From: Candidatus Nomurabacteria bacterium
GTDB lineage: Bacteria; Patescibacteriota; Minisyncoccia; Phycocordibacterales; UBA9973
Direction: 5' to 3'
Length of the DNA stretch: 64,000 nucleotides
Assembly (NCBI GenBank): GCA_025361085.1
Contig: JANYAX010000036.1
Coordinates: forward strand, 7,208-71,207
Positions within the stretch are counted from its first letter, which is position 1; each line of letters opens with the position of its first letter. This document shows positions 28,006 to 37,869 of the stretch, in pieces. A program made the position numbers and the translations under genes. The notes beneath the pieces are model-generated. The model did not search any database, was not told where the DNA came from, and saw nothing but the letters and a program-made list of their open reading frames with translations.

Positions 28006-29280
28006 ATGAGAAAATTGATATTTTATATTATTTTAATAGCAATTATCGTCGCCTTTTTACCTGGTCAAGTTAAAGCTTTGACGGCAGAACAGGTACGCCA
28101 GCAAATCGAAGATACAAACAATCAAATCGACGCTCTTGATAAAGAGATAAAGCAATATCAATCACAAATATCTGAGACGAGTGCTCAATCAAACACGCTC
28201 GCAAATTTAATAAAAGAATTAACTCTTACTCGAAATAAGTTAATAGCAGAGAGAACACAAATACAGAAAAAAATTACAGCAACGGGTTTAGTAATCGAAA
28301 CACTCATAGGCGACATTAGTGACAAAGAAAAATCTATAGCGATTTTAAAACAATCTTTCAGTAAAATGATTAATGATCTTAATCAAAATGACAACACCTC
28401 GATTATTGAACGCCTTTTGACGATTGGAAATTTCTCTGACTTCAGTTATGACTATAACAATTTACTTACTCTTAATGAAAAAATTAAAGAGAATATAAAA
28501 AATATTTCCGAAGAAAAAGCACAATTACTTACTTCCAAAACAGAAAAGGAAGGCGAAAAACAAAATCTAGATACTCTCAAACAAAATCTAGTTCAAAAAG
28601 AGCAAGTAGTAGCGATTACAAAGAAAGAGAAAGATACATTATTTACAGAAACAAAAAACAAAGAAGCCGAGTACAAAAAACTTTTAGCTGAGAAAGAAAA
28701 AATTAAAGAATCTTTCGAGAAAGTTCTAGAAGATTACGAATCAAAACTTAAATTTATTCTAAACCCAAAACTTTTACCAAAAGAAGGTTCTGGGGTACTA
28801 TCTTGGCCACTCGACTATATTTTAGTCACATCTCCATATGGCTCAAGGTGGGGTAAATTCCACTATGGAATGGATTTCAGAGCCTCAGTTGGAACAAATG
28901 TCATGTCGATGGCTTCAGGAACGGTCATGGGCACTGGTGATACCGATATCGATTGTAAAAGTGCATCTTTTGGTAAATGGGTGTTCATTAAATATGATAA
29001 TGGACTTTCGAGTACATATGGGCACTTGTCGGTAATATCTACCAAGAAAGGACAAGTCGTAAAAACCGGTGACATCGTAGCACTTTCTGGAAATACTGGT
29101 TCATCAATGGGACCTCATTTACATGTAGCTGTTTACGCATCTGATGGAGTCAAAGTAGATACTGTTCCAAGTAAAAGTTGTAATGGAAAAATATTTACTC
29201 AACCGATAGCCGCGCTAACTGCATATCTTGACCCAACATTATATTTACCTAAAATTACGTCGGATATGATTAAAAAATAA
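28006..29280 (+). CDS. M23-family murein endopeptidase with N-terminal signal and long coiled coil (EnvC-like)
   Basis: 424 aa; HYGMDF and GPHLHVAVY metal-binding motifs in the C-terminal LytM domain. Confidence 0.8.
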   Translation: MRKLIFYIILIAIIVAFLPGQVKALTAEQVRQQIEDTNNQIDALDKEIKQYQSQISETSAQSNTLANLIKELTLTRNKLIAERTQIQKKITATGLVIETLIGDISDKEKSIAILKQSFSKMINDLNQNDNTSIIERLLTIGNFSDFSYDYNNLLTLNEKIKENIKNISEEKAQLLTSKTEKEGEKQNLDTLKQNLVQKEQVVAITKKEKDTLFTETKNKEAEYKKLLAEKEKIKESFEKVLEDYESKLKFILNPKLLPKEGSGVLSWPLDYILVTSPYGSRWGKFHYGMDFRASVGTNVMSMASGTVMGTGDTDIDCKSASFGKWVFIKYDNGLSSTYGHLSVISTKKGQVVKTGDIVALSGNTGSSMGPHLHVAVYASDGVKVDTVPSKSCNGKIFTQPIAALTAYLDPTLYLPKITSDMIKK

Positions 29281-29328
29281 TTATTGACTTGCGTATAAAC
29301 ATTATTAAGTGTTATAATAATATTATAT

Positions 29329-29646
29329 ATGGATAAAGATGAAAGAAAACCAAGATTACATATTCACATTGGGGGGTTAGTAATTATCATAATTATCGTT
29401 CTTGTTTTGTTCAAGTTTGATATCAAATCAAAAATTAATTCTCCTCAATTCCAGAAAAATGTCACATATGTTGAAGATCAGGTCAAAGGTTTATGGCAGA
29501 AATATATTTCTGGCCCACTAAGATCTAAAACCGGAGATATGTTTATAGATGTTACAAATCAAGGGCTTAAAAAAATTCAAGATAATTTTACAAATAATGT
29601 ATTCAAAACTCCAACAGAAGACACCGTAAATAAGATAACTAACTAA
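29329..29646 (+). CDS. Small signal-anchored hypothetical protein
   Basis: 105 aa with single N-terminal TM. Confidence 0.35.
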   Translation: MDKDERKPRLHIHIGGLVIIIIIVLVLFKFDIKSKINSPQFQKNVTYVEDQVKGLWQKYISGPLRSKTGDMFIDVTNQGLKKIQDNFTNNVFKTPTEDTVNKITN

Positions 29647-29765
29647 ACTCGGTAATGCCGAGTTTAGTCGTTGCACATTATAAGATATATGTTATACTTA
29701 TACACGTGTAAAGGCACATGAACCACGTCGAAGTTTCAAGCAAAAACTAATCTAATAAAAATCGT

Positions 29766-29963
29766 ATGACAGGAACAATCAAAACTCTTACAGATAAAGG
29801 ATTTGGGTTTATAGCTCGTGAAGGCGAAGCTAAAGATCTCTTCTTCCATTCCAAAGAGCTAGTTGGTGTTACTTATGATGAACTAAAAGTAGGCGACGCA
29901 GTCACTTTTGAAGTTACTCAAAGTGAAAAAGGCCCAGCTGCTACAAAAGTATCTCTCGCGTAG
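29766..29963 (+). CDS. cspA: Cold-shock protein (CspA family)
   Basis: 65 aa; GTIKTLTDKGFGFI RNP1-like motif, FFH RNP2-like motif. Confidence 0.88.
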   Translation: MTGTIKTLTDKGFGFIAREGEAKDLFFHSKELVGVTYDELKVGDAVTFEVTQSEKGPAATKVSLA

Positions 29964-30014
29964 TCAAAACTAAAAATACTCTCACTGTTATGTGAGAGTA
30001 TTTTTAGTTTTGAC
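29963..30014 (+). terminator. Very long perfect terminator hairpin (GTCAAAACTAAAAATACTCTCAC-loop-GTGAGAGTATTTTTAGTTTTGAC)
   Basis: 22-bp stem directly after csp stop; the track ORF 29992..30213 begins inside this hairpin. Confidence 0.65.
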
Positions 30015-30063
30015 TTATCTTTTTATAAGATGTAACATTAAGGAAACTAAAAAAGGAGGCCAA

Positions 30064-30213
30064 ATGCCAACTAAAATTCAGAGCAAAAACAAACCCTTAC
30101 CCAAAAATAAAACAAGGAGGAGGGTTAGATTATTTTTCAGAGAAAAACTATCTCCGAGTGTATTTGCGAGAGAGCCAGTCGAATGGACTGGAAAAAAGAT
30201 TTACGACAAATAA
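30064..30213 (+). CDS. Small basic protein (50 aa), unknown
   Basis: Strong RBS AAGGAGG 6 nt upstream of ATG 30064; Lys/Arg-rich; track ORF start trimmed. Confidence 0.35.
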   Translation: MPTKIQSKNKPLPKNKTRRRVRLFFREKLSPSVFAREPVEWTGKKIYDK

Positions 30214-30252
30214 AATTGGCTACCTTATTTAGGTAGCCAATTCTATTTTATG

Positions 30253-30336
30253 TGCCCGGGGTGGGACTTGAACCCACACGCCATAAATGGCAAGAAATTT
30301 TAAGTCTCTCGTGGCTACCAATTACACCACCCGGGC
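30253..30336 (-). tRNA. tRNA-Leu (anticodon UAA)
   Basis: 84 nt; GCCCGGG/CCCGGGC acceptor stem, anticodon loop CUUAAAA, long variable arm, T-loop GTTCAAGTC; no CCA encoded. Confidence 0.85.
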
Positions 30337-30405
30337 AAATAAAAACTTACAGTTAATATAATTACATAATTTTCAATATTTTACAAATTTTGCTATACTA
30401 TTTCT

Positions 30406-31860
30406 ATGTCAAAAGAGTATTACACGACCATTGGTCTCGAAATTCATGCCGAGCTTAACACCAAATCAAAGATGTTTTGTGGTTGCAAAAACGATCCAGA
30501 TGAAGAAAAACCAAATGTAAATATTTGCCCTGTGTGTATGGCACACCCAGGTACTCTCCCTGTGATCAATAAAAAAGCAGTTGAAAATGTTATAAAAGTT
30601 GGGCTTGCACTCGGAGCCAACATTGCCGATTTTACAGAATTCGACCGCAAGAATTATTTTTACCCCGATATACCTAAGGCGTATCAGATTTCGCAATATA
30701 AATTTCCCATTGTCTCAGGTGGTAATCTAAAAGGTGTAGATATTACTCGCGTGCACCTAGAAGAAGATACTGCGACTTCCAAACACGACAGGGGGGATTA
30801 TTCTCTTGTAGATTTCAATCGCGCCGGAGTTCCTCTCATGGAACTTGTGACCGAACCTGTAATTCATTCTGCAAAGCAAGCAGGGGAATTTGGTCGTGAA
30901 CTCCAACTTTTGCTTCGCTATTTAGGAGTGTCTGAAGCAAACATGGAAAAGGGTGAAATGCGAGTAGAGCTTAATATTTCAATTTCAGAAGACCCAAAAG
31001 TTTTAGGTACAAAGGTTGAAGTGAAAAATATCAATTCATTCCGCGCCATGGAGCGTGCCGCCCTATATGAGACAAAACGAATGGCCAAACTTCTTGACGA
31101 AGGACGTGGTAATGAAATAATTCAAGAGACACGCGGTTGGGATGAGAATAAGCAATCAACATTTTCTCAACGCACGAAAGAAAATGCTAATGATTACCGT
31201 TATTTCCCAGATCCAGATTTACCGAAATTATTCTTGAATAAAATATTTGATATCAAAAAGATGCAAAGTGAATTGCCTGAACTTCCAGAGCAAAGAAGAA
31301 ATCGCTACCGTAATGATTATAGAATAAAAGATGAAGATATTGAAAGTTATATAACAGATAAAGAATTAGGTGATTGGTTTGAAAAAGTAGCCACTGTATT
31401 TTTGCAAGGTATTTCCTCGAGTGGTGAAGCGGAGAGAGATGATTCCTTAGCAAAAATACGTACCGCTTCCAACTACATAACTTCTGATTACTTGGGTCTT
31501 AAAAAGAATAATATGGAAGTCCGACTTCCAAGTGAAGAAAATTTTGCTGAACTTATAAACATGGTAAATGATAATAAAATTTCTTCAAGAGGAGCAAAAG
31601 ATATATTGGTTATGATTGTGTTAAACGATGAATCACCAAAGAAAATAGCCGAAGAAAAAGGAATGATTCAGAATCACGACGAAGGAACACTTAAAGAAAT
31701 CGTCCAAAAAGTTATAGACGCAAATCCAAACGTCGTCGCCACATATAAAAGTGGCAAAGAAAATGCTATAATGTCATTAGTTGGTCAAATTATGAAAGAA
31801 TCAAAGGGGTCGGCAAACCCACAACTTGTTCAGAAATTATTAAAAGAATTAATAAAATAA
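30406..31860 (+). CDS. gatB: Asp-tRNA(Asn)/Glu-tRNA(Gln) amidotransferase subunit B
   Basis: 484 aa; N-terminal GLEIHAEL, CGC..CPVC cluster, C-terminal GatB/YqeY domain. Confidence 0.9.
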   Translation: MSKEYYTTIGLEIHAELNTKSKMFCGCKNDPDEEKPNVNICPVCMAHPGTLPVINKKAVENVIKVGLALGANIADFTEFDRKNYFYPDIPKAYQISQYKFPIVSGGNLKGVDITRVHLEEDTATSKHDRGDYSLVDFNRAGVPLMELVTEPVIHSAKQAGEFGRELQLLLRYLGVSEANMEKGEMRVELNISISEDPKVLGTKVEVKNINSFRAMERAALYETKRMAKLLDEGRGNEIIQETRGWDENKQSTFSQRTKENANDYRYFPDPDLPKLFLNKIFDIKKMQSELPELPEQRRNRYRNDYRIKDEDIESYITDKELGDWFEKVATVFLQGISSSGEAERDDSLAKIRTASNYITSDYLGLKKNNMEVRLPSEENFAELINMVNDNKISSRGAKDILVMIVLNDESPKKIAEEKGMIQNHDEGTLKEIVQKVIDANPNVVATYKSGKENAIMSLVGQIMKESKGSANPQLVQKLLKELIK

Positions 31861-31864
31861 ATAT

Positions 31865-32893
31865 ATGGATAAAAAATTACGGGTTGCGGTGAATGGTTTT
31901 GGGAGAATCGGTCGGGCATTTTTGAAAATCGCTTGGGAAAGAGATGATATTGAAATAGTCGCAGTTAATGATTTGGGCTCTATAGAGAGCTTGGCATATT
32001 TGCTTCGTCACGACACTGTTTACAGAAACTTGAATCACAAAGTAGAAACAAAAGAAGGAGCTCTTGTTATTGATAGCAAAGAAGTTAAATTCATTTCCGA
32101 GAAAGATACAACCAAGTTGCCTTGGAAAGATTTAAATATTGACGTGGTTGTTGAATCGACAGGTCTCTTTACTTCATTTGATAAAGCAAAATTCCACATT
32201 GATTGCGGAGCTAAAAAGGTTGTTATATCTGCTCCTTCTAAGGGGGCCGAAAGCACAGTTCACGGCGAAACAATATTGCTCGGCATCAATGAAGAAAAGT
32301 TTGGCACTTGTGATATCACTTCAAACGCATCATGTACGACAAATGCTGCGAGCCCACTTATCGCTATTTTGCATGAATCAATCGGCATAGAGAAAGCAAT
32401 TCTAAACACTGTTCATGGGTACACAGCGACTCAAGCCCTCGTAGACGGCCCAAGCAAGAAAGACCTTCGTGAGGGTCGTGCTGCAGCCCAAAACATCATT
32501 CCAAGCTCAACTGGCGCCGCTATCGCCGTTACAGAAGCCTTTCCAGTCTTAAAAGGACTTTTCGATGGTATCTCTATTCGCGTTCCAGTCCCTGCTGGCT
32601 CGATTGTAGATATTACTTTCATCGCCAAAAGAGAAACCACCAAAGAAGAAGTAAATGAAATTTTGAAAAAAGCATCGCAAGATGCACGTTGGAACAAATT
32701 ATTTACTGTCACTACCGATAATCTAGTTTCGTCTGACATTCTCGGTGAATCACACCCATGCATAGCCGACCTTGAAATGACTCGCGTCGTTGGTGGCAAC
32801 CTCGTCAAAGTTCTCGGCTGGTATGACAATGAGATGGGGTATACAGCGACCCTCGTCGAACATGTAATCAAAACGGGGAGAACAATAATATAA
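31865..32893 (+). CDS. gap: Glyceraldehyde-3-phosphate dehydrogenase; last approximately 25 codons appear phage-supplied (see prophage)
   Basis: 342 aa; NGFGRIGR Rossmann motif, ASCTTN catalytic Cys, C-terminal WYDNEMGY. Confidence 0.9.
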   Translation: MDKKLRVAVNGFGRIGRAFLKIAWERDDIEIVAVNDLGSIESLAYLLRHDTVYRNLNHKVETKEGALVIDSKEVKFISEKDTTKLPWKDLNIDVVVESTGLFTSFDKAKFHIDCGAKKVVISAPSKGAESTVHGETILLGINEEKFGTCDITSNASCTTNAASPLIAILHESIGIEKAILNTVHGYTATQALVDGPSKKDLREGRAAAQNIIPSSTGAAIAVTEAFPVLKGLFDGISIRVPVPAGSIVDITFIAKRETTKEEVNEILKKASQDARWNKLFTVTTDNLVSSDILGESHPCIADLEMTRVVGGNLVKVLGWYDNEMGYTATLVEHVIKTGRTII

Positions 32894-32919
32894 AAATAGT
32901 TTTCTAGTAATTAGAAAAA

Positions 32920-32948
32920 GCTCTGCTAAATATAGCAGGGCTTTTTTT
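32920..32948 (+). terminator. Terminator hairpin GCTCTGCT-aaatat-AGCAGGGC plus T7 after gap
   Basis: 8-bp stem (one G-U) followed by U-tract. Confidence 0.55.
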
Positions 32949-33101
32949 ATGGCCTGCTCGTCAATCAAACAGGTCGAATTATTAGAAACTAATTAAAGAG
33001 AAATAACATGTTAAAAGAAATTATAACTACTCTCGGAATTAGCAATGTGATCATAACCATCGCACTTTTAGGAATCATATTCTTTCTAGCTGCTAACTGG
33101 T

Positions 33102-33479
33102 TTGTTTACTTCATCGCTAGGTCTTGGAGCAAGGGAATCATGGCAGGTAAAAACTCTTACTAATTTTATGCTCACAAGAGAAAAGTTAGATGGATGGTTC
33201 AATGATAGAAACAAAATCAGTTTAAAAATTGATTTAAAAAGCAAAGTTGAATGTGACCATATGTGTTCCGGAAATTGTAGACGAGTTGGTTGCAATTGTG
33301 AATGCGGAGAATGGCACAAAGAAAGTGATGTTTGTGAGATGTGCGGAGGTACCGGAGAAGTCAGCTGTGACGAAAGAGACAGGGACGGAAACTGGGAACG
33401 AGGTACAGGAACACAAATGTGCGAATGCAGACTTGATAACGAAATAGATATGAGCGGTGCTAGTGAGGGGGATAGATAA
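33102..33479 (+). CDS. Cys-rich small protein with DnaJ-like CxxCGGTG zinc-finger motif (start uncertain)
   Basis: 12 Cys in about 60 aa; first prophage ORF after attL; a 51-aa 2-TM ORF (33008..33163) lies just upstream. Confidence 0.3.
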   Translation: MFTSSLGLGARESWQVKTLTNFMLTREKLDGWFNDRNKISLKIDLKSKVECDHMCSGNCRRVGCNCECGEWHKESDVCEMCGGTGEVSCDERDRDGNWERGTGTQMCECRLDNEIDMSGASEGDR

Positions 33480-33577
33480 AATTATTCGTCGAAAAATAAT
33501 TAATTAATAGACTTACGCCCATACACAGCACCTCATTTGCTCTGAATAAGAGCTACCACTCGTAAGTCGGTAAAGGG

Positions 33578-34138
33578 ATGAGGTGTGTTGCATGGGGAAC
33601 TAAATGTATGACAAAAATTATAAAGAAAAAAGAGAAAGGGATCAGTAGACACTGGAAAAACTTTCTAGATAAAGATTACTTAGGTTCTCACAATTTAGAA
33701 ATTGGAGAAGAACTACTCGTGACAATCGCAAAGTTTGAGGGAGAAGAAGAGGTTAGAAACACAAAAGGAGGAACAAGTGCAAAGCAGGTTGTTTATTTTA
33801 AAGAAGAGGTCCCAAAAATGATAATGAACATTACAAACGGCAACACAATTGCATCTTTGTATGGTTCACATCCGGATAAATGGATTGGAAAGCAAATACA
33901 GATTTACAGTACACAGGTACCATTCGGTAAAAAACAAGTTGATGCTCTTAGAGTGAGAGATGTGATTCCAAAAATTAACGTCAACGCAGATGCTCACATC
34001 ACAGTGCTTGAAGCAGCGACAACAATTGATGAACTAAAAGAAGCTTTCAAATCTCTTCCGGTATCAGCACAGAAGAATGCTGATGTAGTCGCAAGAAAGG
34101 ATGCTCTAAAAATAAAATTAACAACTAACACTCAATAA
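33578..34138 (+). CDS. Hypothetical phage early protein (candidate single-strand annealing partner of YqaJ exonuclease)
   Basis: 186 aa directly upstream of and 2 nt from YqaJ-like gene; no motif recognised, function guessed from position only. Confidence 0.3.
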   Translation: MRCVAWGTKCMTKIIKKKEKGISRHWKNFLDKDYLGSHNLEIGEELLVTIAKFEGEEEVRNTKGGTSAKQVVYFKEEVPKMIMNITNGNTIASLYGSHPDKWIGKQIQIYSTQVPFGKKQVDALRVRDVIPKINVNADAHITVLEAATTIDELKEAFKSLPVSAQKNADVVARKDALKIKLTTNTQ

Positions 34139-34140
34139 TC

Positions 34141-34887
34141 ATGAAAATAATTAAAGGACTAGAACAAGGGACACAAGAATGGTTAGAATCTCGCAGATGT
34201 ATGGTAACAGGTACAAAAATGGACAGTGTTATGGGTACACCTCTAGATCAATTAATGCTTATTTGTGAATTAATTGCAGAAGAAGCAACAGAGCAGACAA
34301 AAGCTTTCAAATCTACACCAGAAATGGAGAGAGGAACAGCTGAGGAAGTTTTCGCTAGAAAACATTTTGAGCAGTTAACAGACAAGAAAGTGACTCAACT
34401 AGGATTCTGTATCTCAGATGAATTCAAGTATCTAGGTATCTCTGGCGATGGATGGATTAAAAACAAAAAAGGAGTTTACGAAGAAGCATTCGAGAACAAA
34501 TCTCCAGATAGTAAAAATGCTATTTTCTATCAACTCGCAGATAAAATACCTGCACAAGAATTAGGACTTGGAACATGGTCCAAACCTACAAAAACAGAGC
34601 CAGAGCCAGTCTTTAAAGAGTCTGCTAAAGCTCCATTCTTAGGCATACCCGCTCAATACAAGTGGCAAGTAGTAACTTACTTCATCGTGAACACAGATCT
34701 AAAGACTTTATACTTCTCAGTTTATGATGCTCGTTTCATCGATGACGAAACTAAAATGCACATCATTAAAGTTGAACGCAGTAATCCATTAATGCAGGAT
34801 GCGATCGCAGAAGCAATAGCAGAATTAATCGTCTTTCGTAAGAAGTGGCTCAAGTATAAAGACGCAGTATTAACAACTAATTTCTAA
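34141..34887 (+). CDS. YqaJ-like viral recombinase-family exonuclease (lambda Exo-like, PD-(D/E)XK)
   Basis: 248 aa; N-terminal QGTQEWLESRRCMVTGTKMDSVMG matches the YqaJ signature (QGS.eW...R.G..TaS). Confidence 0.65.
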   Translation: MKIIKGLEQGTQEWLESRRCMVTGTKMDSVMGTPLDQLMLICELIAEEATEQTKAFKSTPEMERGTAEEVFARKHFEQLTDKKVTQLGFCISDEFKYLGISGDGWIKNKKGVYEEAFENKSPDSKNAIFYQLADKIPAQELGLGTWSKPTKTEPEPVFKESAKAPFLGIPAQYKWQVVTYFIVNTDLKTLYFSVYDARFIDDETKMHIIKVERSNPLMQDAIAEAIAELIVFRKKWLKYKDAVLTTNF

Positions 34888-34896
34888 TTATTATTT

Positions 34897-35211
34897 ATGG
34901 CTAACGAAAAAATCTTTGCTGATGGTATGCACTTCCAAAAAAGAGATGGTGCTCCTACCTTTGTGGTAGGGCAAGTCTCTTTCAAAGTACCGGAAGTTAT
35001 ACCGTTCTTAAACAAGCATCAGAATAATGCCGGATACGTCAATGTAGACATCAAAATAAGCCAAGGTGGCAAGTATTACATGGAATTAAACACATACAAG
35101 CCTACTAATAATGTAGTTAAGCAAGAAGAGAGAAATCAAAGTGAATTAAATAACCTAGATACGATCGAGTATCCGGAGGAACAAATTAACCCAGAGGATA
35201 TTCCTTTTTAA
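34897..35211 (+). CDS. ssb: Short single-stranded DNA-binding protein (OB fold) with acidic C-terminal DIPF tip
   Basis: 104 aa; C-terminus EEQINPEDIPF mirrors the SSB DDDIPF protein-interaction tail. Confidence 0.5.
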   Translation: MANEKIFADGMHFQKRDGAPTFVVGQVSFKVPEVIPFLNKHQNNAGYVNVDIKISQGGKYYMELNTYKPTNNVVKQEERNQSELNNLDTIEYPEEQINPEDIPF

Positions 35212-35214
35212 TCT

Positions 35215-35919
35215 ATGGCTAACCAATGGTTTAAATTTTATGGCGGAGAATATTTGTCGGATCCAAAGATCCTGCAACTTACCGCTCAAGAACGTAGCTG
35301 TTGGGTTACCCTTTTGTGTCTCGCAAATCAGAGTGAAAATGGAGTGGTTAAGTTTTTATCAGAGAAGCAGTTACTTGCATTATCTGGTATCACAGAGCCA
35401 CTCCATAACATTCTGGAAAAATTCAAAGATTTAGAGATGATACGGATTTGTAACGGAGTTGTAACGATAAAGAATTGGGAAAAGAGACAGATGTCTGAAT
35501 CATATTCTAGGGTAAAGAATTTTAGGAAACGCCAGAGTAACGCCAATGATAACGATAGAAGAGAAGAGAAGAGAATAGAAGAGAATAAGAAAGAGATAGA
35601 GTTACCTATTTGGATAAATAAAAATGCATGGAATGCATGGGTGCAGTATAGGAAAGAAAAAAAGAAAACACTCACACCAACATCTATCAAATTGCAATTA
35701 AAGTTTTTAGAAGAGAATCAGAAAGACCACGCACAGATCATCAAAAATTCAATAACGAACGGATGGACCGGATTATTTGCCTTAAAAGATGAATCAAAAG
35801 GCAACAAAAGAACTCCTCCACGATTAACAGAGCCAAATACAAGTAAGGAGGATAATGACAGAAGAAATTTTTTGGATAAACAGTCGAGAGATTTAGCAAG
35901 TAACATGAGTGTGAATTAA
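35215..35919 (+). CDS. Phage replisome organizer-like / replication initiation protein
   Basis: 234 aa; N-terminal WFKFYGGEYLSDPKI...LLCLAN resembles phage replisome organiser N-terminal domain; basic C-terminal half. Confidence 0.45.
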   Translation: MANQWFKFYGGEYLSDPKILQLTAQERSCWVTLLCLANQSENGVVKFLSEKQLLALSGITEPLHNILEKFKDLEMIRICNGVVTIKNWEKRQMSESYSRVKNFRKRQSNANDNDRREEKRIEENKKEIELPIWINKNAWNAWVQYRKEKKKTLTPTSIKLQLKFLEENQKDHAQIIKNSITNGWTGLFALKDESKGNKRTPPRLTEPNTSKEDNDRRNFLDKQSRDLASNMSVN

Positions 35920-35922
35920 TTT

Positions 35923-36204
35923 ATGACAATGACAATGAATATTCAACAAACATCACTATTTGCCTATATCAACGAAGTAAAGCCAACACTAGGACATAGA
36001 CAAAAGGTTATATACGAAGCATTTGGAACTAGAGACAATTTTACAAACTCAGAGATGTCCGCTTATCTTAATTGGCCTATCAATACAGTAGTCCCAAGGG
36101 TAAATGAATTGCGAAAGGTTGGTCTAGTAAGACAATCGTGCATCAGAACGTGCAAAGTTACAGGTCGAAATGTTATCGCATGGGAAGTAGGAAAGATTGT
36201 ATGA
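35923..36204 (+). CDS. Winged-helix DNA-binding protein
   Basis: 93 aa; predicted HTH around SEMSAYLNWPINTVVPRVNELRKVGLV. Confidence 0.35.
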   Translation: MTMTMNIQQTSLFAYINEVKPTLGHRQKVIYEAFGTRDNFTNSEMSAYLNWPINTVVPRVNELRKVGLVRQSCIRTCKVTGRNVIAWEVGKIV

Positions 36205-36362
36205 AAAAGAAGATGAAACATTTTTGCAGGTTATATAAATACATCTGCGTAATGTGTGGAAAGGAAAGACACAAGAGACATTTTGTTCAAGAGGGAGAAA
36301 TTTGTACAAGTTGCGAGAGATTAAGAGTCAGCGATAATCAACAACAATTATTTAATTAAAAC

Positions 36363-36929
36363 ATGACAAGCTATCCTAACAAATCGAAATCAATCCCCAC
36401 TTACGAATCACAACACTTTAGTGGACTCGTAGTGGTCCATCCGGATACAGGCAAGAATGCTATCCGGATCAATGATGAGAAAGGATACTACTATTTTTTA
36501 AGTCAGAAATGCAAAGTTGGAGATACCATATCGGTTTACTACACGAACAAGAAGCCCAAGAGAACAGATTCGCAGAATAGATACCTACATGAATATCTAT
36601 CGCTTATATCACTCTCATGCGGTCATACAGTCGAAGAGTTAAAGATATGGATTAAAGGGAAGTTTCTATCGAAAGGAATTACAGAAGTATTTGGAGAGAA
36701 AGTAAGAAAGGTTAAAGGCACATCGGAGTTAAACATAAGTGAGTTTGCAGAATTGATTGAAAGGATTGAAGAGACAACAGAGATACCGGCACCAGAAACA
36801 GATTTATTTAAGATGCCTCATTCAAATCAAGAACACGAGAGACTCAAACGAGAGCAAATATCACATTATTCAAGTTTAAAACCAAGTCGAGCATTAACAC
36901 ATATTCAACACAAAGCAAATGTCAACTGA
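36363..36929 (+). CDS. Hypothetical phage early protein
   Basis: 188 aa; no family recognised; overlaps next gene (translational coupling). Confidence 0.35.
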   Translation: MTSYPNKSKSIPTYESQHFSGLVVVHPDTGKNAIRINDEKGYYYFLSQKCKVGDTISVYYTNKKPKRTDSQNRYLHEYLSLISLSCGHTVEELKIWIKGKFLSKGITEVFGEKVRKVKGTSELNISEFAELIERIEETTEIPAPETDLFKMPHSNQEHERLKREQISHYSSLKPSRALTHIQHKANVN

Positions 36930-37401
36930 TTCATACAAATTAAAGGGCGACATAGTTTCAAAAATCTACGACAGCATATGCGAGGGTCTCACAGATGTTC
37001 AGATAGCAAAGAAGTACAACATAGATCATTCAACTGTTTATTATTACAGGAAAAAAGAATTTAACCTCAGACATAATCTAGGTCCAGTCAGAGAAAAAAA
37101 GATTATAAAACCAGTATCTAAAAAAGTGCATCACATCTTTACTCCGACAATGCCTAAGCTTAAGAAAATACACGAGAGCAAGAGAGACCTAGAAGATCAT
37201 GAACCTAAGCACACAACAAAAACCTATATGGAAATACAGCAAGAAGAAGAGGATAAAAGATTGAGTCGTATATCGCATTGTGATCACGTTCATTGGATAC
37301 GAAGATGCTCAAGTTGCGGAGTGATACTTGAAAGCGATGCACAGGTCAATGAGCATTATTTTAATAAAGAAAAGCCACACGTTAAAGAGATAATTTTATG
37401 A
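36919..37401 (+). CDS. HTH protein with C-terminal Cys/His cluster (paralog of 37398..37751)
   Basis: 160 aa; N-terminal IYDSICEGLTDVQIAKKYNIDHSTVYYYRKK HTH (sigma-70 region 4 / homeodomain-like); CDHVHW..CSSCG. Confidence 0.4.
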   Translation: MSTDSYKLKGDIVSKIYDSICEGLTDVQIAKKYNIDHSTVYYYRKKEFNLRHNLGPVREKKIIKPVSKKVHHIFTPTMPKLKKIHESKRDLEDHEPKHTTKTYMEIQQEEEDKRLSRISHCDHVHWIRRCSSCGVILESDAQVNEHYFNKEKPHVKEIIL

Positions 37402-37751
37402 CAGAGCAGAGAACAATGAAAAATGTTCCTATGGAGGAAAGAAAAAAGATTCTCCTAGATTTACAAATAATGAAGTCTAGAGATGTGAGGGAAAAATATA
37501 ACATCACAAACAACACTCTCGGACATATCAGATTCTTTTATGGAAAATCAAACGCAGTTGCAGGAGGATACTTTCATAAAGATTTATTACAAGGTGCAGT
37601 GAATCCATTAGTTGAAAAAATAAGAGAGTTAAAACGCAAAGGTAGGAATTCATTAGAAGTAGCGAGAGAGTTGAGAGTCGACCTCGCTACGATAAATAAA
37701 AATTGGGTAGATGAAATTCAACATGAAGAAGAAATGCAAATGTGTATTTGA
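37398..37751 (+). CDS. HTH protein (paralog of 36919..37401)
   Basis: 117 aa; KKILLDLQIMKSRDVREKYNITNNTLGHIRFF parallels the upstream gene HTH; overlapping start/stop. Confidence 0.4.
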   Translation: MTEQRTMKNVPMEERKKILLDLQIMKSRDVREKYNITNNTLGHIRFFYGKSNAVAGGYFHKDLLQGAVNPLVEKIRELKRKGRNSLEVARELRVDLATINKNWVDEIQHEEEMQMCI

Positions 37752-37863
37752 GAATGGAAAGCTTTTGATGAGATGTGCCGAGTGTAGAAAAGAATTTAAT
37801 AAGCCGAAGTCTTGTCCGACTTGTCATGCTGATTTACCACCTAACCATCCTTTGAGGAAATAA
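37723..37863 (+). CDS. 46-aa C4 zinc-ribbon protein (not in ORF track)
   Basis: MKKKCKCVFENGKLLMRCAECRKEFNKPKSCPTCHADLPPNHPLRK read from sequence; overlaps end of previous gene. Confidence 0.3.
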   Translation: MKKKCKCVFENGKLLMRCAECRKEFNKPKSCPTCHADLPPNHPLRK

Positions 37864-37869
37864 AAAGTC

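Noticed and set aside
29992-30213. Track ORF start at 29992
   Set aside because: The first 24 codons lie inside the csp terminator hairpin. An internal ATG at 30064 has a strong AAGGAGG RBS, so the feature was trimmed.
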